A DNA stretch of 64,000 nucleotides from Pseudomonadota bacterium (GTDB lineage Bacteria > Myxococcota_A > Polyangia > Palsa-1104 > JAEUJZ01): positions 4,636 to 68,635 of the forward strand of contig DAOLIT010000011.1 of assembly GCA_035328405.1 (NCBI GenBank). Direction: 5' to 3'. Below, piece by piece: positions 47,884-59,328 of the stretch (position 1 is the stretch's first letter; each line of letters starts with the position of its first letter). Position numbers and translations under genes: made by a program. The notes below the pieces were generated by a model, which saw only the letters and a list, made by a program, of their open reading frames with translations, searched no databases and had not been told where the DNA came from.

Positions 47884-48783
47884 TTACTTGAGGCACGAGG
47901 GAACGTTGGACAGACTGCCGTATTCGCCGGCCTCCCATGCTGCGCAGGCGAGTTTCCGTTGGCCAGTGTCTTTGGCCGGATGGAAACAATCCAGGCCGTC
48001 GATGTCATCCTTGCTGAAGCGATACGTGCCCACAGAACTGTTTGCGGTGGCCGTGCCACGCCAGTCGGTAAAGAAGTTGATTTTGCCCGCGTTTCGCGAC
48101 GCAGCCGCTTCGACTTCGGCGCGCAAGCCGTCGTTGTATTGATCGACCCGAGCCCCGATCGCCGCCCGCCGCGAGGCATTCCCTTCTCCGGTGACGACGC
48201 GACAGACGCCCGCGATCGACCACACCAAGTTGCACGTAATGAAGTTCTTTGCATTGCCCGCTTCGTACAAGTAATCGACGCGCGGCATCGACAACACCTG
48301 AACTTGGGAACCCGCTGGCAGACACCCCGCAAGTACATCGAGCGCCGATTTGAGCGCGTTCCGATACGTGGTCACAGAGTACAGTTTCGAGGTTGCATCC
48401 GACGACGAACCTTTGTCCCGCGAACACACATCGTTGCCCCCAAGTTCCAAAATCACGCGGTTTGGTTTTTTGGCCATCGCGCAAATCCGCGCGGCTTGTC
48501 CTGCTGCGTTGTTTCGACCCCCGACCATCTCTGCACCGGATTCCGAAACGAACTCCTTGGTCATTCCTGAGAACTTGGCTTTGAAGCGCAGATAGACCGA
48601 ATTGACCTTTGTGTCCGTCCCCTGGCCAAAGCCAAACTCGGGGTGTTCGCCGGGGAAGTTGTTGGCCCCCCAACCTTGCGAAATGCTGTCTCCTATACCG
48701 GACAATTTTTCAGGATCAGCGGCCCACAGCGTGGTCGGCAGCAGCACCGAACCAAGAGCGAAAAGAAACACGGAACCTTGCAT
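47884..48783 (-). CDS. SGNH/GDSL-family hydrolase (lipase/esterase), secreted
   Basis: Signal peptide. Block I IGDSISQGWG (GDSx with the catalytic Ser). Block III ELGGNDV. Block V DCFHP (DxxH). Confidence 0.65.
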   Translation of the reverse strand: MQGSVFLFALGSVLLPTTLWAADPEKLSGIGDSISQGWGANNFPGEHPEFGFGQGTDTKVNSVYLRFKAKFSGMTKEFVSESGAEMVGGRNNAAGQAARICAMAKKPNRVILELGGNDVCSRDKGSSSDATSKLYSVTTYRNALKSALDVLAGCLPAGSQVQVLSMPRVDYLYEAGNAKNFITCNLVWSIAGVCRVVTGEGNASRRAAIGARVDQYNDGLRAEVEAAASRNAGKINFFTDWRGTATANSSVGTYRFSKDDIDGLDCFHPAKDTGQRKLACAAWEAGEYGSLSNVPSCLK

Positions 48784-48982
48784 GAAAACCTCCTTTGGTT
48801 TTGCAGAAAAACCCGCAAGAAGTGAGCCAATCTGCACAACATGATCCAGACATGCGGAAAACCAATGCTCCGACGGGAGACGAGGTTTGGCGCGTTCAGA
48901 AAGTGGGAAGCAAAGACCCCAGGTTGCTGCTGGTTTTGAACCTCAATTTTTCCCCTTTTGGATGGGCAATTTTTGACACAAG

Positions 48983-50029
48983 ATGTGCGCCATGAATTTG
49001 CTCGTCACCGGAGGCTGCGGCTTCATCGGTTCTCATTTCGTCAGGTGGCAACGTCGGAATCATCCCCACGACAGATTGGTGGTGCTCGACTCCCTTTCGT
49101 ACTGCGGGAACTTGGCGAACCTTTTGCCGATCGAACACGACACCGGATGGCGCTTTGTCAGGGGTGACATCACGGACGCGGATGCGGTGAGCCGCGTGTT
49201 CTTGGAAGAGCGCATCGATGCGATGTGCAACTTCGCAGCGGAAACGCATGTGGACCGATCGATTTTGTCGTCGCTGCCGTTTGTGAAAACGAATGTGGTT
49301 GGAACGACCGTGCTGCTCGATGTGGCCAAGCAAGCCAATGTCCATCGTTTCGTCCAGGTTTCCACCGACGAGGTATACGGCACGCTTGCACCAACCGATC
49401 CGCCGTTTTCCGAACACACACCGCTGGCGCCGCGCTCTCCCTATTCCGCCAGCAAGGCCGCTGCTGACCACTTGGCCCTTGCGTACTTCCACACACATGG
49501 TCTCCCGGTGGTCATCACGCGCTGCTCGAACAATTACGGCCCCTATCAGTTTCCAGAAAAACTGATTCCACTCCTGATTTTGCGAGCGATGGCCGACCAA
49601 CCGTTGCCGATTTACGGAGACGGACAGCAAGTGCGCGATTGGTTGTATGTCGAGGATCATTGTGCAGGCATCGACGCTGCGCTGCGCCGTGGACAGCCGG
49701 GCGAGGCATACAACTTTGGGGGGCGCTGCGAGAAAAGGAACCTCGAAATTGTGGAACTTGTGTTGGAACTGTTGGAAAAGCCCCGTTCGCTGATCCGCTT
49801 CGTCCAAGACCGCCCCGGACACGATCGACGCTATGCAATCGATTGTGACAAGGCGGAAAACGAACTCGGTTTTCGACCCTGCATGTCGCTGGTCGATGGA
49901 CTTGTAGAGACGGTGCGCTTTTACAAAAACCACACCGATTGGTGCAAAAACATCGAGACCGGTGCATACCGCGCGTACTGCGAACGGAACTACGGAAGTC
50001 GTTTGGGAACAAGTCAGGAGGTAGCTTGA
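48983..50029 (+). CDS. rfbB: dTDP-glucose 4,6-dehydratase
   Basis: MNLLVTGGCGFIGSHF, the YSASKAAAD catalytic motif, typical RmlB length. Confidence 0.9.
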   Translation: MCAMNLLVTGGCGFIGSHFVRWQRRNHPHDRLVVLDSLSYCGNLANLLPIEHDTGWRFVRGDITDADAVSRVFLEERIDAMCNFAAETHVDRSILSSLPFVKTNVVGTTVLLDVAKQANVHRFVQVSTDEVYGTLAPTDPPFSEHTPLAPRSPYSASKAAADHLALAYFHTHGLPVVITRCSNNYGPYQFPEKLIPLLILRAMADQPLPIYGDGQQVRDWLYVEDHCAGIDAALRRGQPGEAYNFGGRCEKRNLEIVELVLELLEKPRSLIRFVQDRPGHDRRYAIDCDKAENELGFRPCMSLVDGLVETVRFYKNHTDWCKNIETGAYRAYCERNYGSRLGTSQEVA

Positions 50030-50925
50030 TGAAGGTTCTGGTGTTGGGGGCTTCGGGAAATTTGGGGAAACATGTTTGTCAGGAATTTGTGGCTGCCGGT
50101 TGTCTTGTGACCAAGATCGAACGGTCTTCGGGCGATTTGCGGCATTGCACCCGAGAGGCGATGTACCGGCTGCGCGATCGACTCAGCGGGATCGATGCCC
50201 ATCTCGTCGTGAATTGCGCCGCTTACACCGACGTGGACGGCGCGGAAGAACACAGCGATGAAGCGTTTATGGTGAATGCGGTCGGTGCCGAAATGGTCGC
50301 ACGCGCTGCGGGCGAGCTGGGTGTGTCCGTGTGCCACATCTCGACCGATTTCGTGTTTGACGGCGGGCTTTCGCGTCCCTACGACGAATTTGACGAACCG
50401 CGCCCTTTGTCTGTGTACGGTCGCAGCAAATTCGCGGGCGAACGGATGGTGCGTTTTGTGAATCCCAAAAGCTACATCGTGCGCGTTTGCGGTTTGTATG
50501 GCCGAGGAGGTCGAAATTTTGCGTCGCAAATCGTCGAGCGGTTGAAAGCGGGGCAGACACTGCGGCTGGACCAAAAACGCAGGTGTACACCGACGTGGAG
50601 CCGCTCCCTCGCACGGCAAATTCTGACCCTGTGCCGACGAGGAGAATTTGGCGTTTACCACGCAAGTTGTTTGGAAGAAACCACGTGGTTTGGTTTTGCA
50701 CAAGCTCTGTGCGACGAAGCGGCGGCTTTGGGATGTCCTTTGCCCCGGACCTTCGAGGGCGTAGACACCTCGTCGCTGTCGCAAAAAGCCGAGCGACCTG
50801 CGCAGTCTGTGTTCGACTGCCGCATGCTCCGAATGCGCGGCATCTTCGAGCTTCCCCCCTGGCGCGATGCTCTGCGCGACTACTTGAAAGAACTCATCGC
50901 CCGCAAAGAACTACAGCCCCGCTAG
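50030..50925 (+). CDS. rfbD: dTDP-4-dehydrorhamnose reductase
   Basis: MKVLVLGASGNLG, VNCAAYTDVD, the YGRSKFAGE motif (YxxxK). Immediately follows rfbB. Confidence 0.8.
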
Positions 50926-52209
50926 AAGAAACCGCAGAGCGCCCGGCAACCGTCGCGCCCACGCATCTTCGTTGTGCAGGCCTCCCTCTTCGATCACATA
51001 CCGAAAATTCACACCATCGCGAAAGCCCAGGTCTCGGTACGTCTGCGCAAGCTCTGCCGTGTTTTTCCAATCGTCCCCAGACCCGCCTCCGTTGCCGCTG
51101 TCCACGTACACACGACCGGGCTTTCCCGTACTCCCTTTCACAGCAGACAAGATGTACCGACCATCCCACCAAGTGGACGGAGAGAAAACACCCAACCGTC
51201 CGAATACATCGCTCTTTTTGACCCCCGCATACGCTGTGATGAGCCCGCCCAGCGACGAGCCAGCCAGCGTCGTCTTCGCCGGATCTTTCACAAGTCGCCC
51301 CTTCAACTTTGCCGGACTCTCCAGTTCGAAGACAAACGGAGAGAGTTCTTCAACGAGAAAGCGCAGATACAAATCCCCGCCGCCGCTGTCTTTGTACGTC
51401 GGATCGCTGCTTTTCGTCGGTGTGTATTCGTACATTCGGGAAGACGTATTTTCCGGCCCCACCACCACCACTTCCGGCAAGCTCAGCGACGGATCAAGCG
51501 CGTCGATTCCCGCATCGAGCGTCTCGGACACCTGCCATGTTCGTCCCCCAAACGCATACCGAGGGTCAAACAGATTCTGCCCATCGTGCATCCACAACAC
51601 CGGATAGGTCGCTTCCGGGTTTTCCTCGAAACTCGGCGGCAAATACAGCCACACCCCGCGCGAGTTGCTCAAAATGGCCGACGCAACGGAAGGAATCCGC
51701 AAATACCGACCTTTCGCCGTCACAAAATGCGGATACACATCCACTGTTTGCCCAGGTGCCACCACGAAGTTCCGTCCGCGCGACCACGTCGCATCGTCTA
51801 GCAGCGGTTTCCACTCAAGCGTCGCCGCCATCCCCCGAAGCCGCGTCTGAAACAGTCCGTCCCGGACTTTGGTCATCGCGCGTCCCGACGACCACGATAG
51901 ACCGGCACCATTTCCCCGCACACTCACTTTCGTGTACCGACCATCGTTTCGCGGATAGTGAACCCGCAGCACCGTGTCCCCCGGAAGCAGTGTCAAATCT
52001 GACCCGTCGTCAGCCAATTCCTCCTCCCCTTTTGTCTCGTCCGAATTTCCGAGACACCCACCAAGCACCAACGCCAGAAAAACAGCCAAGCGTCCAAGCG
52101 CGCCCCAAAAACCCGCCAAAGTACTCGTTTTTGCCCCAAAAAACGCCGTTTTCCGGTCCCGATTCCGATTCCGATTCATGTCCCGCAGCCTATCCCGTTT
52201 TTCGCCCAA
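50911..52209 (-). CDS. Esterase-family alpha/beta hydrolase (enterochelin-esterase/esterase-D-like), lipoprotein
   Basis: Lipobox (LVLGGCLG). N-terminal Ig-like domain. [11 protein letters not shown] (GxSxG nucleophile elbow). [10 protein letters not shown] resembles the putative esterase family. Confidence 0.6.
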   Translation of the reverse strand: MGEKRDRLRDMNRNRNRDRKTAFFGAKTSTLAGFWGALGRLAVFLALVLGGCLGNSDETKGEEELADDGSDLTLLPGDTVLRVHYPRNDGRYTKVSVRGNGAGLSWSSGRAMTKVRDGLFQTRLRGMAATLEWKPLLDDATWSRGRNFVVAPGQTVDVYPHFVTAKGRYLRIPSVASAILSNSRGVWLYLPPSFEENPEATYPVLWMHDGQNLFDPRYAFGGRTWQVSETLDAGIDALDPSLSLPEVVVVGPENTSSRMYEYTPTKSSDPTYKDSGGGDLYLRFLVEELSPFVFELESPAKLKGRLVKDPAKTTLAGSSLGGLITAYAGVKKSDVFGRLGVFSPSTWWDGRYILSAVKGSTGKPGRVYVDSGNGGGSGDDWKNTAELAQTYRDLGFRDGVNFRYVIEEGGLHNEDAWARRLPGALRFLLAGL

Positions 52210-52347
52210 TCAAAAAACCAAAAACAACACTTGCCCCCACATGTCTGCTGTTGAGGTGACATTGTGGTTTGTGTTATGACCAAACCTGCTATGTGCGCGG
52301 TTTCTGTCCCCCTGCTTGGGAGGTGCTGCGGCAGGCAAGGCAAAAGC

Positions 52348-55260
52348 ATGGACAAGATCGTCATCAAAGGGGCTCGCGAGCACAACCTGAAGAACATCGA
52401 CGTGGAGCTGCCTCGCGACAAGCTCGTCGTCATCACCGGTTTGTCTGGTTCGGGCAAGTCCTCTTTGGCATTTGACACGATTTATGCCGAAGGCCAGCGT
52501 CGCTACGTTGAGTCGCTGTCAACCTATGCCCGGCAGTTTTTGGAACAGATGGGAAAACCCGATCTCGATTCCATCGACGGCCTGTCTCCCGCCATTTCGA
52601 TCGAACAGAAATCCACCAGCAAAAATCCGCGCTCTACCGTCGGTACCATCACCGAAATTTACGACTACTTGCGTCTTCTGTATGCCCGAGTCGGGACCGT
52701 GCATTGCCACAGTTGTGATCTTCCCATCGCCGCGCAAACCGTGCAGCAAATGGTCGATCGCGTACTCAGGCTGCCGAGCGGAACGCGGTTTTCTGTCCTC
52801 GCTCCCGTCGTCCGGGGTCGCAAGGGAGAGTTCAAAAAGGAACTCGATGCCCTTCGTCGGCAGGGTTTGCGTCGCGTCAACGTCAACGGCGAACTTTTGG
52901 ACTTGTCCGAAGACACGATCAAGCTCGACAAAAACAAAGCCCACACCATCGAGGTTTATGTCGATCGCTTGGTCGTCAAACCCGACGTGCGCCAACGACT
53001 CACCGAGGCTGTCGAGCTTTCGCTTCAGCTCGCCGAGGGCATCGTAAAAATCTCGCCTGTTCTCCTTGGCGAAGACCCGCTCCCCGACGGTGTTGGTATC
53101 ACCGACGAAAACGGCGACATCCTGTTTTCCGAACGATTCGCCTGCATCCAATGCGGCGTCAGCTATCCCGAAATCACCCCACGTCTCTTTAGTTTCAACA
53201 ATCCGTCCGGCGCTTGCCCCGCCTGCGACGGAATCGGGGCCAAAATGTTCTTCGACCCCGAGCTGATCGTTCCCAATCCCGATCTCTCCCTGCGCGAAGG
53301 TGCCATCGAGCCTTGGGAAAAACGCAACGGGCCCTTTTTCCAGCAAATTCTCGAGGCACTCGCCCAGCACTTCGGCTTCGACATGGGCCTTCCCTGGTCC
53401 GATGTTCCCCAAGACATGCGCGACATGTTGCTCTACGGCAGCAAGGGCCAACAGGTCGAATTTTGGTTCGAGAAAAACGGTCGTCGCCACACCTACAAAA
53501 AGGAATTTGAAGGGGTCATCGCCAACTTGGAGCGCCGCCTCTCCGAATACGAGCGCCGCCGTCGAGAAGAAGGCACCGCGCCCGCCGGTTCCGACAGTTT
53601 CGAGGCCGCCTACGAAGAATTTTCTCCCTACATGAACAAATCCCCCTGCGAGGAATGCCACGGCACCCGTTTGCGCAAAGAAGCGCGCTTTGTGCGGCTT
53701 GGGGGTTTGCCCATTCATGAACTCACCGCGAAACCCATTCGCGACGCCCATCGGTTTTTTTCCGAACTTGTCCTTGCGCCCAGGCAAGCCGAAATTGCCG
53801 AAAGAATTCTCAAAGAGGTTCGGGACCGCCTCGGTTTCTTGGTGAACGTCGGCCTCGATTACCTGACCCTCGATCGCACCGCCGCAACCTTGTCGGGCGG
53901 CGAAGGACAACGCATTCGTTTGGCCAGTCAAATTGGCAGTTCTCTCGTCGGTGTGTTGTATGTCCTCGATGAACCTTCCATTGGCCTTCACCAACGTGAC
54001 AACCAGCGATTGCTCGAGACCCTGTTTCGCCTCCGCGACATGGGCAACACCGTCATCGTCGTCGAACATGACGAGGACACCATCCGAGCCGCCGATCACA
54101 TCGTCGATATGGGCCCCCGAGCCGGCGTTTTTGGTGGACGAGTAGTCGCTGCTGGTCCCGTCGGTGAAATCATGTCCTCCACCGCCTCTTTGACCGGGGC
54201 CTATTTGTCTGGGCGCAAAAAAATCGATGTCCCCCGAAGTCGAAGGCAGTGTCAAAATCGCTACCTCGTGCTCAAAAACTGCGTAGAGCACAACCTTCGC
54301 GATGTAACCGCGCGGTTTCCCGTCGGTGTGTTTACATGCGTGACCGGCGTATCTGGATCTGGAAAATCCAGCCTCGTCATCGACACCCTCCTCGCCGCCC
54401 TCAAACAGAGAGTCAATCACTCCAAATGCCAAGTCGGCGCGCACGAGGGTCTGGAAGGACTCCACCACATCGATCGCGTCATCGACATCGATCAACTTCC
54501 CATCGGTCGCACTCCGCGTTCCAACCCTGCAACCTACACCGGCGTTTTTACCCATATCCGCGACCTGTTCGCCGCCCTCCCCGACAGCAAATCCCGCGGA
54601 TACAAGGCTGGACGGTACAGCTTCAACGTGAAAGGGGGACGATGCGAAGCGTGTCAGGGGGACGGCATTTTGCGCATCGAAATGCACTTTTTGCCCGATG
54701 TGTATGTAGTCTGCGAAGAGTGCGCGGGCCGTCGCTACAACCGCGAAACGCTCGAGGTCAAATACAAAGGGGCCTCCATTGCCGACGTGCTCGAAATGAC
54801 CGTCACCCAGGCCACCGAATTTTTGGGACACATTCCCAAAGTGCGCCAGAAGTTGGAAACCCTGCGTGATGTTGGCCTCGGCTACATCGCTCTCGGACAA
54901 CCCGCCACCACGCTTTCCGGCGGCGAGGCCCAACGCATCAAACTCAGCAAGGAACTTTCCAAAAAGGGTTCTGGGCGCACGGTGTACATTTTGGATGAGC
55001 CCACCACCGGCCTCCATTTCGAGGACATCAAGCAACTCCTCGAGGTCCTGAATCGCCTCGTGGATTCCGGGAATACCGTCATCGTTATCGAGCACAACCT
55101 TGATGTCATCAAAACATCGGACTACGTGATCGACATCGGTCCAGAAGGCGGTGACGGAGGTGGAACGCTCGTCGCATGCGGAACCCCCGAAGACATCGCC
55201 CGCGTCCCCTCTTCCTACACCGGCCAATACCTGAAAAAAGTCCTTATCCCCAATTCCTAA
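52348..55260 (+). CDS. uvrA: Excinuclease ABC subunit A
   Basis: [58 protein letters not shown]. Two ABC ATPase modules, zinc-finger Cys clusters. ~970 aa. Confidence 0.92.
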   Translation: MDKIVIKGAREHNLKNIDVELPRDKLVVITGLSGSGKSSLAFDTIYAEGQRRYVESLSTYARQFLEQMGKPDLDSIDGLSPAISIEQKSTSKNPRSTVGTITEIYDYLRLLYARVGTVHCHSCDLPIAAQTVQQMVDRVLRLPSGTRFSVLAPVVRGRKGEFKKELDALRRQGLRRVNVNGELLDLSEDTIKLDKNKAHTIEVYVDRLVVKPDVRQRLTEAVELSLQLAEGIVKISPVLLGEDPLPDGVGITDENGDILFSERFACIQCGVSYPEITPRLFSFNNPSGACPACDGIGAKMFFDPELIVPNPDLSLREGAIEPWEKRNGPFFQQILEALAQHFGFDMGLPWSDVPQDMRDMLLYGSKGQQVEFWFEKNGRRHTYKKEFEGVIANLERRLSEYERRRREEGTAPAGSDSFEAAYEEFSPYMNKSPCEECHGTRLRKEARFVRLGGLPIHELTAKPIRDAHRFFSELVLAPRQAEIAERILKEVRDRLGFLVNVGLDYLTLDRTAATLSGGEGQRIRLASQIGSSLVGVLYVLDEPSIGLHQRDNQRLLETLFRLRDMGNTVIVVEHDEDTIRAADHIVDMGPRAGVFGGRVVAAGPVGEIMSSTASLTGAYLSGRKKIDVPRSRRQCQNRYLVLKNCVEHNLRDVTARFPVGVFTCVTGVSGSGKSSLVIDTLLAALKQRVNHSKCQVGAHEGLEGLHHIDRVIDIDQLPIGRTPRSNPATYTGVFTHIRDLFAALPDSKSRGYKAGRYSFNVKGGRCEACQGDGILRIEMHFLPDVYVVCEECAGRRYNRETLEVKYKGASIADVLEMTVTQATEFLGHIPKVRQKLETLRDVGLGYIALGQPATTLSGGEAQRIKLSKELSKKGSGRTVYILDEPTTGLHFEDIKQLLEVLNRLVDSGNTVIVIEHNLDVIKTSDYVIDIGPEGGDGGGTLVACGTPEDIARVPSSYTGQYLKKVLIPNS

Positions 55261-55405
55261 TCCCTCCTGTCTTCTTCCCTACCGGCACTCCAAACAGCGC
55301 ACCATTCCCTCCCTACCTAGGCCCACAATGTCTCCAGCATCGGTTGGATTTTCCCTTAACAAGTGCGTGACATGTTTCCTGGACATCGTGTAAAAAATAC
55401 TTTCC

Positions 55406-56566
55406 ATGAAACAGACCTTGAGCCATTTGTTGCGGGCGCGTCGGGAATCGTCTGGATTGTCTCAGCAGGAGCTTGCCGAAGCCGTCGGTGTTTCCAGGCA
55501 GAGCATCCTCGCAATTGAAGCTGGCAGACACAGCCCCAGTGTTGACCTCGCGCTTCGGATGGCTGACATCTTGGGTTCTACCGTTGAAGAACTGTTTGGC
55601 CAAGCCCAACCGCAAAGTCGGCTGTTTGCAGAGCATGTTGGCTCAGTGAACTGCAACAGAGTCGCCCTTGCTCGGATTGGGGGACACTGGTTATCGTATC
55701 CCCTGCAAGGTCAGGAATCGGGGCGTGCGGCCTGCGGAATCGTCGAGCACGCGCGAGGAAAACGCACCGAAGTGATTCCCTTGCGTCCCATCCCTTCCCT
55801 GCGAGACAACGTCGTGCTCATGGGATGTGCACCTGCGCTTGGACTCCTTGCCGATCGCTTGAACACAAGCAACGGCACTGGCCACTTTCTCTGGTTTTCG
55901 CGTTCCAGCGCCAGCGCATTGACGGCACTCGGACACGGTCAGACACATCTCGCTGGAGTGCATTTGACCGACAAGAGAACAGGCGAACAAAATCTGCCCG
56001 ATGTGCGGCGGCACCTGCGAAAAAAAAGAGTGGCGATGATCACGCTCGCTCGCTGGGAAGTAGGGCTCCTGACCGCACCTGGGAATCCAGGACGGATTCA
56101 CTCTGTCGCTGATGTTAAGCCGAATCGCATGGCATGCCGCGAACCGGGTTCTGGCGCGCGTCGTCTGTTGGAACGGGAATGGGCAAAGAATGGATTGCCA
56201 GACTCCCACACCGAAAAATGTACGATGGTTGTTCATGGACACCATGCCGTAGCGATGGCGATCACCCTCGGTGCTGCCGATGCTGGAATTGCTAGCAGAG
56301 ACGCCGCACTTGCGTTCGGTCTGTCTTTTTTTCCGCTTGCCGAAGAACGATATGACCTCGTGATTCCGCGTTCCCTGTATAGAAGTGCTGCCGGGCCAGA
56401 TGAATTCCGAAACGCAGATGCAGATGTATACGTAGACAAAAGCCAGGAAGAAAACATGAAAAAGATGCTCGACCTCCTGCATACGGCGACCTTCCAACGT
56501 GAGCTCAGGGCCTTGGGATATGACACCCGACACTGCGGCCTGCACGTGGTTGAGGGCACCCCATGA
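55406..56566 (+). CDS. XRE-family HTH regulator with C-terminal PBP-like (oxyanion-binding-protein-like) domain
   Basis: N-terminal HTH LSQQELAEAVGVSRQSILAIEAGRHSPSVDLALRMADIL. C-terminal ~280 aa with alternating beta-alpha pattern and a Gly-rich ligand-loop-like segment, resembling the PBP_like fusion regulators common in myxobacteria. Confidence 0.55.
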   Translation: MKQTLSHLLRARRESSGLSQQELAEAVGVSRQSILAIEAGRHSPSVDLALRMADILGSTVEELFGQAQPQSRLFAEHVGSVNCNRVALARIGGHWLSYPLQGQESGRAACGIVEHARGKRTEVIPLRPIPSLRDNVVLMGCAPALGLLADRLNTSNGTGHFLWFSRSSASALTALGHGQTHLAGVHLTDKRTGEQNLPDVRRHLRKKRVAMITLARWEVGLLTAPGNPGRIHSVADVKPNRMACREPGSGARRLLEREWAKNGLPDSHTEKCTMVVHGHHAVAMAITLGAADAGIASRDAALAFGLSFFPLAEERYDLVIPRSLYRSAAGPDEFRNADADVYVDKSQEENMKKMLDLLHTATFQRELRALGYDTRHCGLHVVEGTP

Positions 56567-57753
56567 AAAGCCGCTTTAGGGCCACCTGGTTGTTTGTTTT
56601 GGGAGGACTCCTTTTTGCGCAGACTGTCCACGCACAACCTGTCTGTGATGATCCTGTCAACCTTCCCAATCCCATCTATCTTTCCGTCGGTGACACCCAA
56701 GTCAATTTGATGCGAGAGCTGGGTGCCAAACTGCGTGCGGCCGAGCAGATCACGCTCATTTGGCGCGCCACCGGATCGTGTACGAACCTCGACACCCTAT
56801 ACGGCGACGTGAAGATGAGCGGCAACTTCTCGTACATTCCTGCGGGGTATGATCCACAGGCCACTCCGAATCCTCCGGTTTGTTCCGTGCCATCTTCAGG
56901 GGTGCTAGCAGACATCGCCAATTCGATCGTGTTTTTGGAGGGATGTCCCACCCCAAAACCCAATGATGTAGCGGACATTTTTGGACCCGTGCAGTCCTTT
57001 GCATTTGTGGTCCCCCGAGCGAGTTCTCAGACGGCCATCACCGCCGAAGAAGCCTACTTTGTCTTCGGATTCGGAATGGCAGGAAAAGTGACCCCTTGGC
57101 TCGACAACAACCTCCTGCTTGGACGCCCTGTGACCAAAGGAACCGTCATCAGCATCGGTGCCTCCATCGGTGTTCCCGCAGGAAAGTGGCAAGGACAGAA
57201 AATCAATCTTTCGCAAGATCTGGCCAGTCAACTTGCAGCTTCCCCTGACCCTGAAAAGGCCCTCGGAATCCTTGGGTCCGAAGTCTATGACAGCCTCCGT
57301 TCGACCCTCAAGGCGCTCGCCTTTCGGGCCTACAAGCAACGTCGCGCATACTTCACAGACTCCACTGCAATCGCTTTTGACAAACAGAATGTACGCGACG
57401 GACACTACCACCTGTGGTCCTACACCCATTGGCTCCAAAAACTGGATTCCATGGGAAAGCCTCGCAAGGCAGCAGCGCGGCGCGTCATCGACATTCTCGT
57501 CGGCAATCCGGTCACGCCACCCGCAACATTTGAATCTCTGGACGCAACCGTAAAAGTCGGTTTGATTCCCCGCTGTGCCATGAAAGTAGAACGGAAAACC
57601 GAAGGGGGTGACTTCTCCCTCTTTCAGTCAGACACACCCTGTGGTTGTTACTTTGATTTCAAAGCCACAGGAAGTACTTCGTGTTCTGCCTGTTCCGAAG
57701 CCAATCCGTGCAAAACAGGAGTCTGTCGCCATGGTTACTGCGAGGCACGATAA
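56563..57753 (+). CDS. Hypothetical secreted protein with Cys-rich C-terminal module; translationally coupled to the upstream regulator
   Basis: Signal peptide (LFVLGGLLFAQTVHA). C-terminal CGCYFDFKATGSTSCSACSEANPCKTGVCRHGYCEAR. ATGA overlap with the regulator gene. Confidence 0.45.
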   Translation: MKSRFRATWLFVLGGLLFAQTVHAQPVCDDPVNLPNPIYLSVGDTQVNLMRELGAKLRAAEQITLIWRATGSCTNLDTLYGDVKMSGNFSYIPAGYDPQATPNPPVCSVPSSGVLADIANSIVFLEGCPTPKPNDVADIFGPVQSFAFVVPRASSQTAITAEEAYFVFGFGMAGKVTPWLDNNLLLGRPVTKGTVISIGASIGVPAGKWQGQKINLSQDLASQLAASPDPEKALGILGSEVYDSLRSTLKALAFRAYKQRRAYFTDSTAIAFDKQNVRDGHYHLWSYTHWLQKLDSMGKPRKAAARRVIDILVGNPVTPPATFESLDATVKVGLIPRCAMKVERKTEGGDFSLFQSDTPCGCYFDFKATGSTSCSACSEANPCKTGVCRHGYCEAR

Positions 57754-57755
57754 AC

Positions 57756-57995
57756 ATGAAAACCACTAGAGCACTTGTTGCTGTGCTTTTGCTAAGTTTT
57801 GGGAGTGGATGTCCAGATGACACAGGGGGAACGGATGAGGGCCCTGCGGACTTGTATGTTGCAGAGCCCCCTTGTGTGAGTCAACCTGAAACCCACGTTG
57901 AACTCCTGAATGCTTGCACTTCTGCACAATCCGTCGACAAAAAGCCGGTATTGCCCCTCCTGCGACCCGATGGAACCCTCCCTCCATTGCCGTAG
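57756..57995 (+). CDS. Small hypothetical lipoprotein (80 aa)
   Basis: MKTTRALVAVLLLSFGSGCPDD lipobox, Pro-rich tail. Small ORF, so uncertain. Confidence 0.3.
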   Translation: MKTTRALVAVLLLSFGSGCPDDTGGTDEGPADLYVAEPPCVSQPETHVELLNACTSAQSVDKKPVLPLLRPDGTLPPLP

Positions 57996-59328
57996 TTTTT
58001 TCCAAAGTGTCACATTCTTTGGGGTCTGCGCCGTTTGCAATTCTGCTCCTTTGCAGGCGCAAGAAACAGACCTTGCAGCACGGATTCGCAAACTCGAACA
58101 AAGGCTTGCCACATGGGAAACCCAACGAGCCGAAACATCTTCCGCGTGGCTAAAAAGGGGCCCTTTTGAACTGCACATGGGAGGTTTTGTCCAGGCCGAC
58201 GCCGTTGCCTATCGTCAGGATTCCGAGGATCAGCTCGACGGTTCGACCGGACAACCTCTGAATGAAACGCGCTTTGTGATTCGCCGCGCGCGTTTGCGTG
58301 CAGAGGCCGTGTCTCGTTATCTGGGGGCCGCACTTGAAGTCGATGGGAATACCATGCATGGCACCCAGGTTCGTCTGCTCGGCGGTGAAGTGTTTGCGCA
58401 ATGGCCGACGAGAACAGGCGACATTCCCTATGCACGAGCCACTTTGGGTCTTTTCAAAATTCCGTTTGGTCATGAGGTGCGTCAATACGATCCAGAACGT
58501 CATTTTTTGGAACGCAGCCAAGTCATTCGTGCTCTGTTTCCAGGGGAATACGATTTGGGAATTGCAGTCCAGGGGGGCTTTCACTTTTTCCGATATGCGC
58601 TCTCTGTCATGAACGGAGAGCCAAGCGGAGAGGAACAGTTTGCCGCACGCGATCCGAATCAAAGCAAGGATTTTCTTGGACGTTTGGGAATCGATCTGAC
58701 GTTTGCGCGCCTGTTTCGATTTCGCGCCGGCTTTTCAGGCTTGTACGGACAGGGTTTCAGTCCGGGGCAATCGGCGGGAAAGGATGTGTTGTCCTGGCGC
58801 GATGACAATGACGATGGACAAGTCCAGCTCAGCGAAATCCTCGTCGTGCGCGGACAGGCAGCAGTTCCTTCACAGAACTTCATGAGAGACGCGATAGGGG
58901 TCGATGCAGAGATCGCGGTTTGGGTTCCTACACTTGGTACATTGGAGTTTTCAGGGGAACTCCTGGTTGCTCGCAATTTGGATCGCGGTATCTATCCCGC
59001 AGATCCCATCGCCACCGGGCGCGATCTTCGGGAGTTTGGATATTACGCACTCGTGACGCAAGAAATTACGCCCTATGTTCGCATGGGAGTCCGATTTGAT
59101 TTCTATGATCCAGACTCCGATAGGCAGCAGCAGCTTGGCGTTTTGCGCCTTCCCATTTCAACAGCGTTCTCGACGCTGACTGCAACTGTTGCAGTTCAAC
59201 TTCCACGATACGGACGAGTCGCGCTGGAATACCAAAACCAACGCAACGCACTGGGCAGAACAGCCGCAGGAATCCCAACCACATTGGGAAAAGACAGCGT
59301 TGTCTTGCGTGCACAGGTGTCGTTTTGA
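57970..59328 (+). CDS. Outer-membrane beta-barrel porin (phosphate-selective porin O/P-like)
   Basis: Signal peptide. N-terminal coiled-coil stretch (AARIRKLEQRLATWE), as in OprO/P-type porins. Alternating amphipathic beta-strand pattern. C-terminal aromatic residue (…LRAQVSF). Confidence 0.5.
   Translation: MEPSLHCRSFFQSVTFFGVCAVCNSAPLQAQETDLAARIRKLEQRLATWETQRAETSSAWLKRGPFELHMGGFVQADAVAYRQDSEDQLDGSTGQPLNETRFVIRRARLRAEAVSRYLGAALEVDGNTMHGTQVRLLGGEVFAQWPTRTGDIPYARATLGLFKIPFGHEVRQYDPERHFLERSQVIRALFPGEYDLGIAVQGGFHFFRYALSVMNGEPSGEEQFAARDPNQSKDFLGRLGIDLTFARLFRFRAGFSGLYGQGFSPGQSAGKDVLSWRDDNDDGQVQLSEILVVRGQAAVPSQNFMRDAIGVDAEIAVWVPTLGTLEFSGELLVARNLDRGIYPADPIATGRDLREFGYYALVTQEITPYVRMGVRFDFYDPDSDRQQQLGVLRLPISTAFSTLTATVAVQLPRYGRVALEYQNQRNALGRTAAGIPTTLGKDSVVLRAQVSF

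Noticed and set aside
52519-55227. 902-aa uninterrupted ORF on the minus strand, antisense to uvrA
   Set aside because: Its Gly/Asp/Val-rich low-complexity translation (GDG.. repeats) mirrors the codon structure of a high-GC sense gene. uvrA on the + strand is unambiguous. Long stop-free antisense frames are a known artefact of GC3-rich coding.
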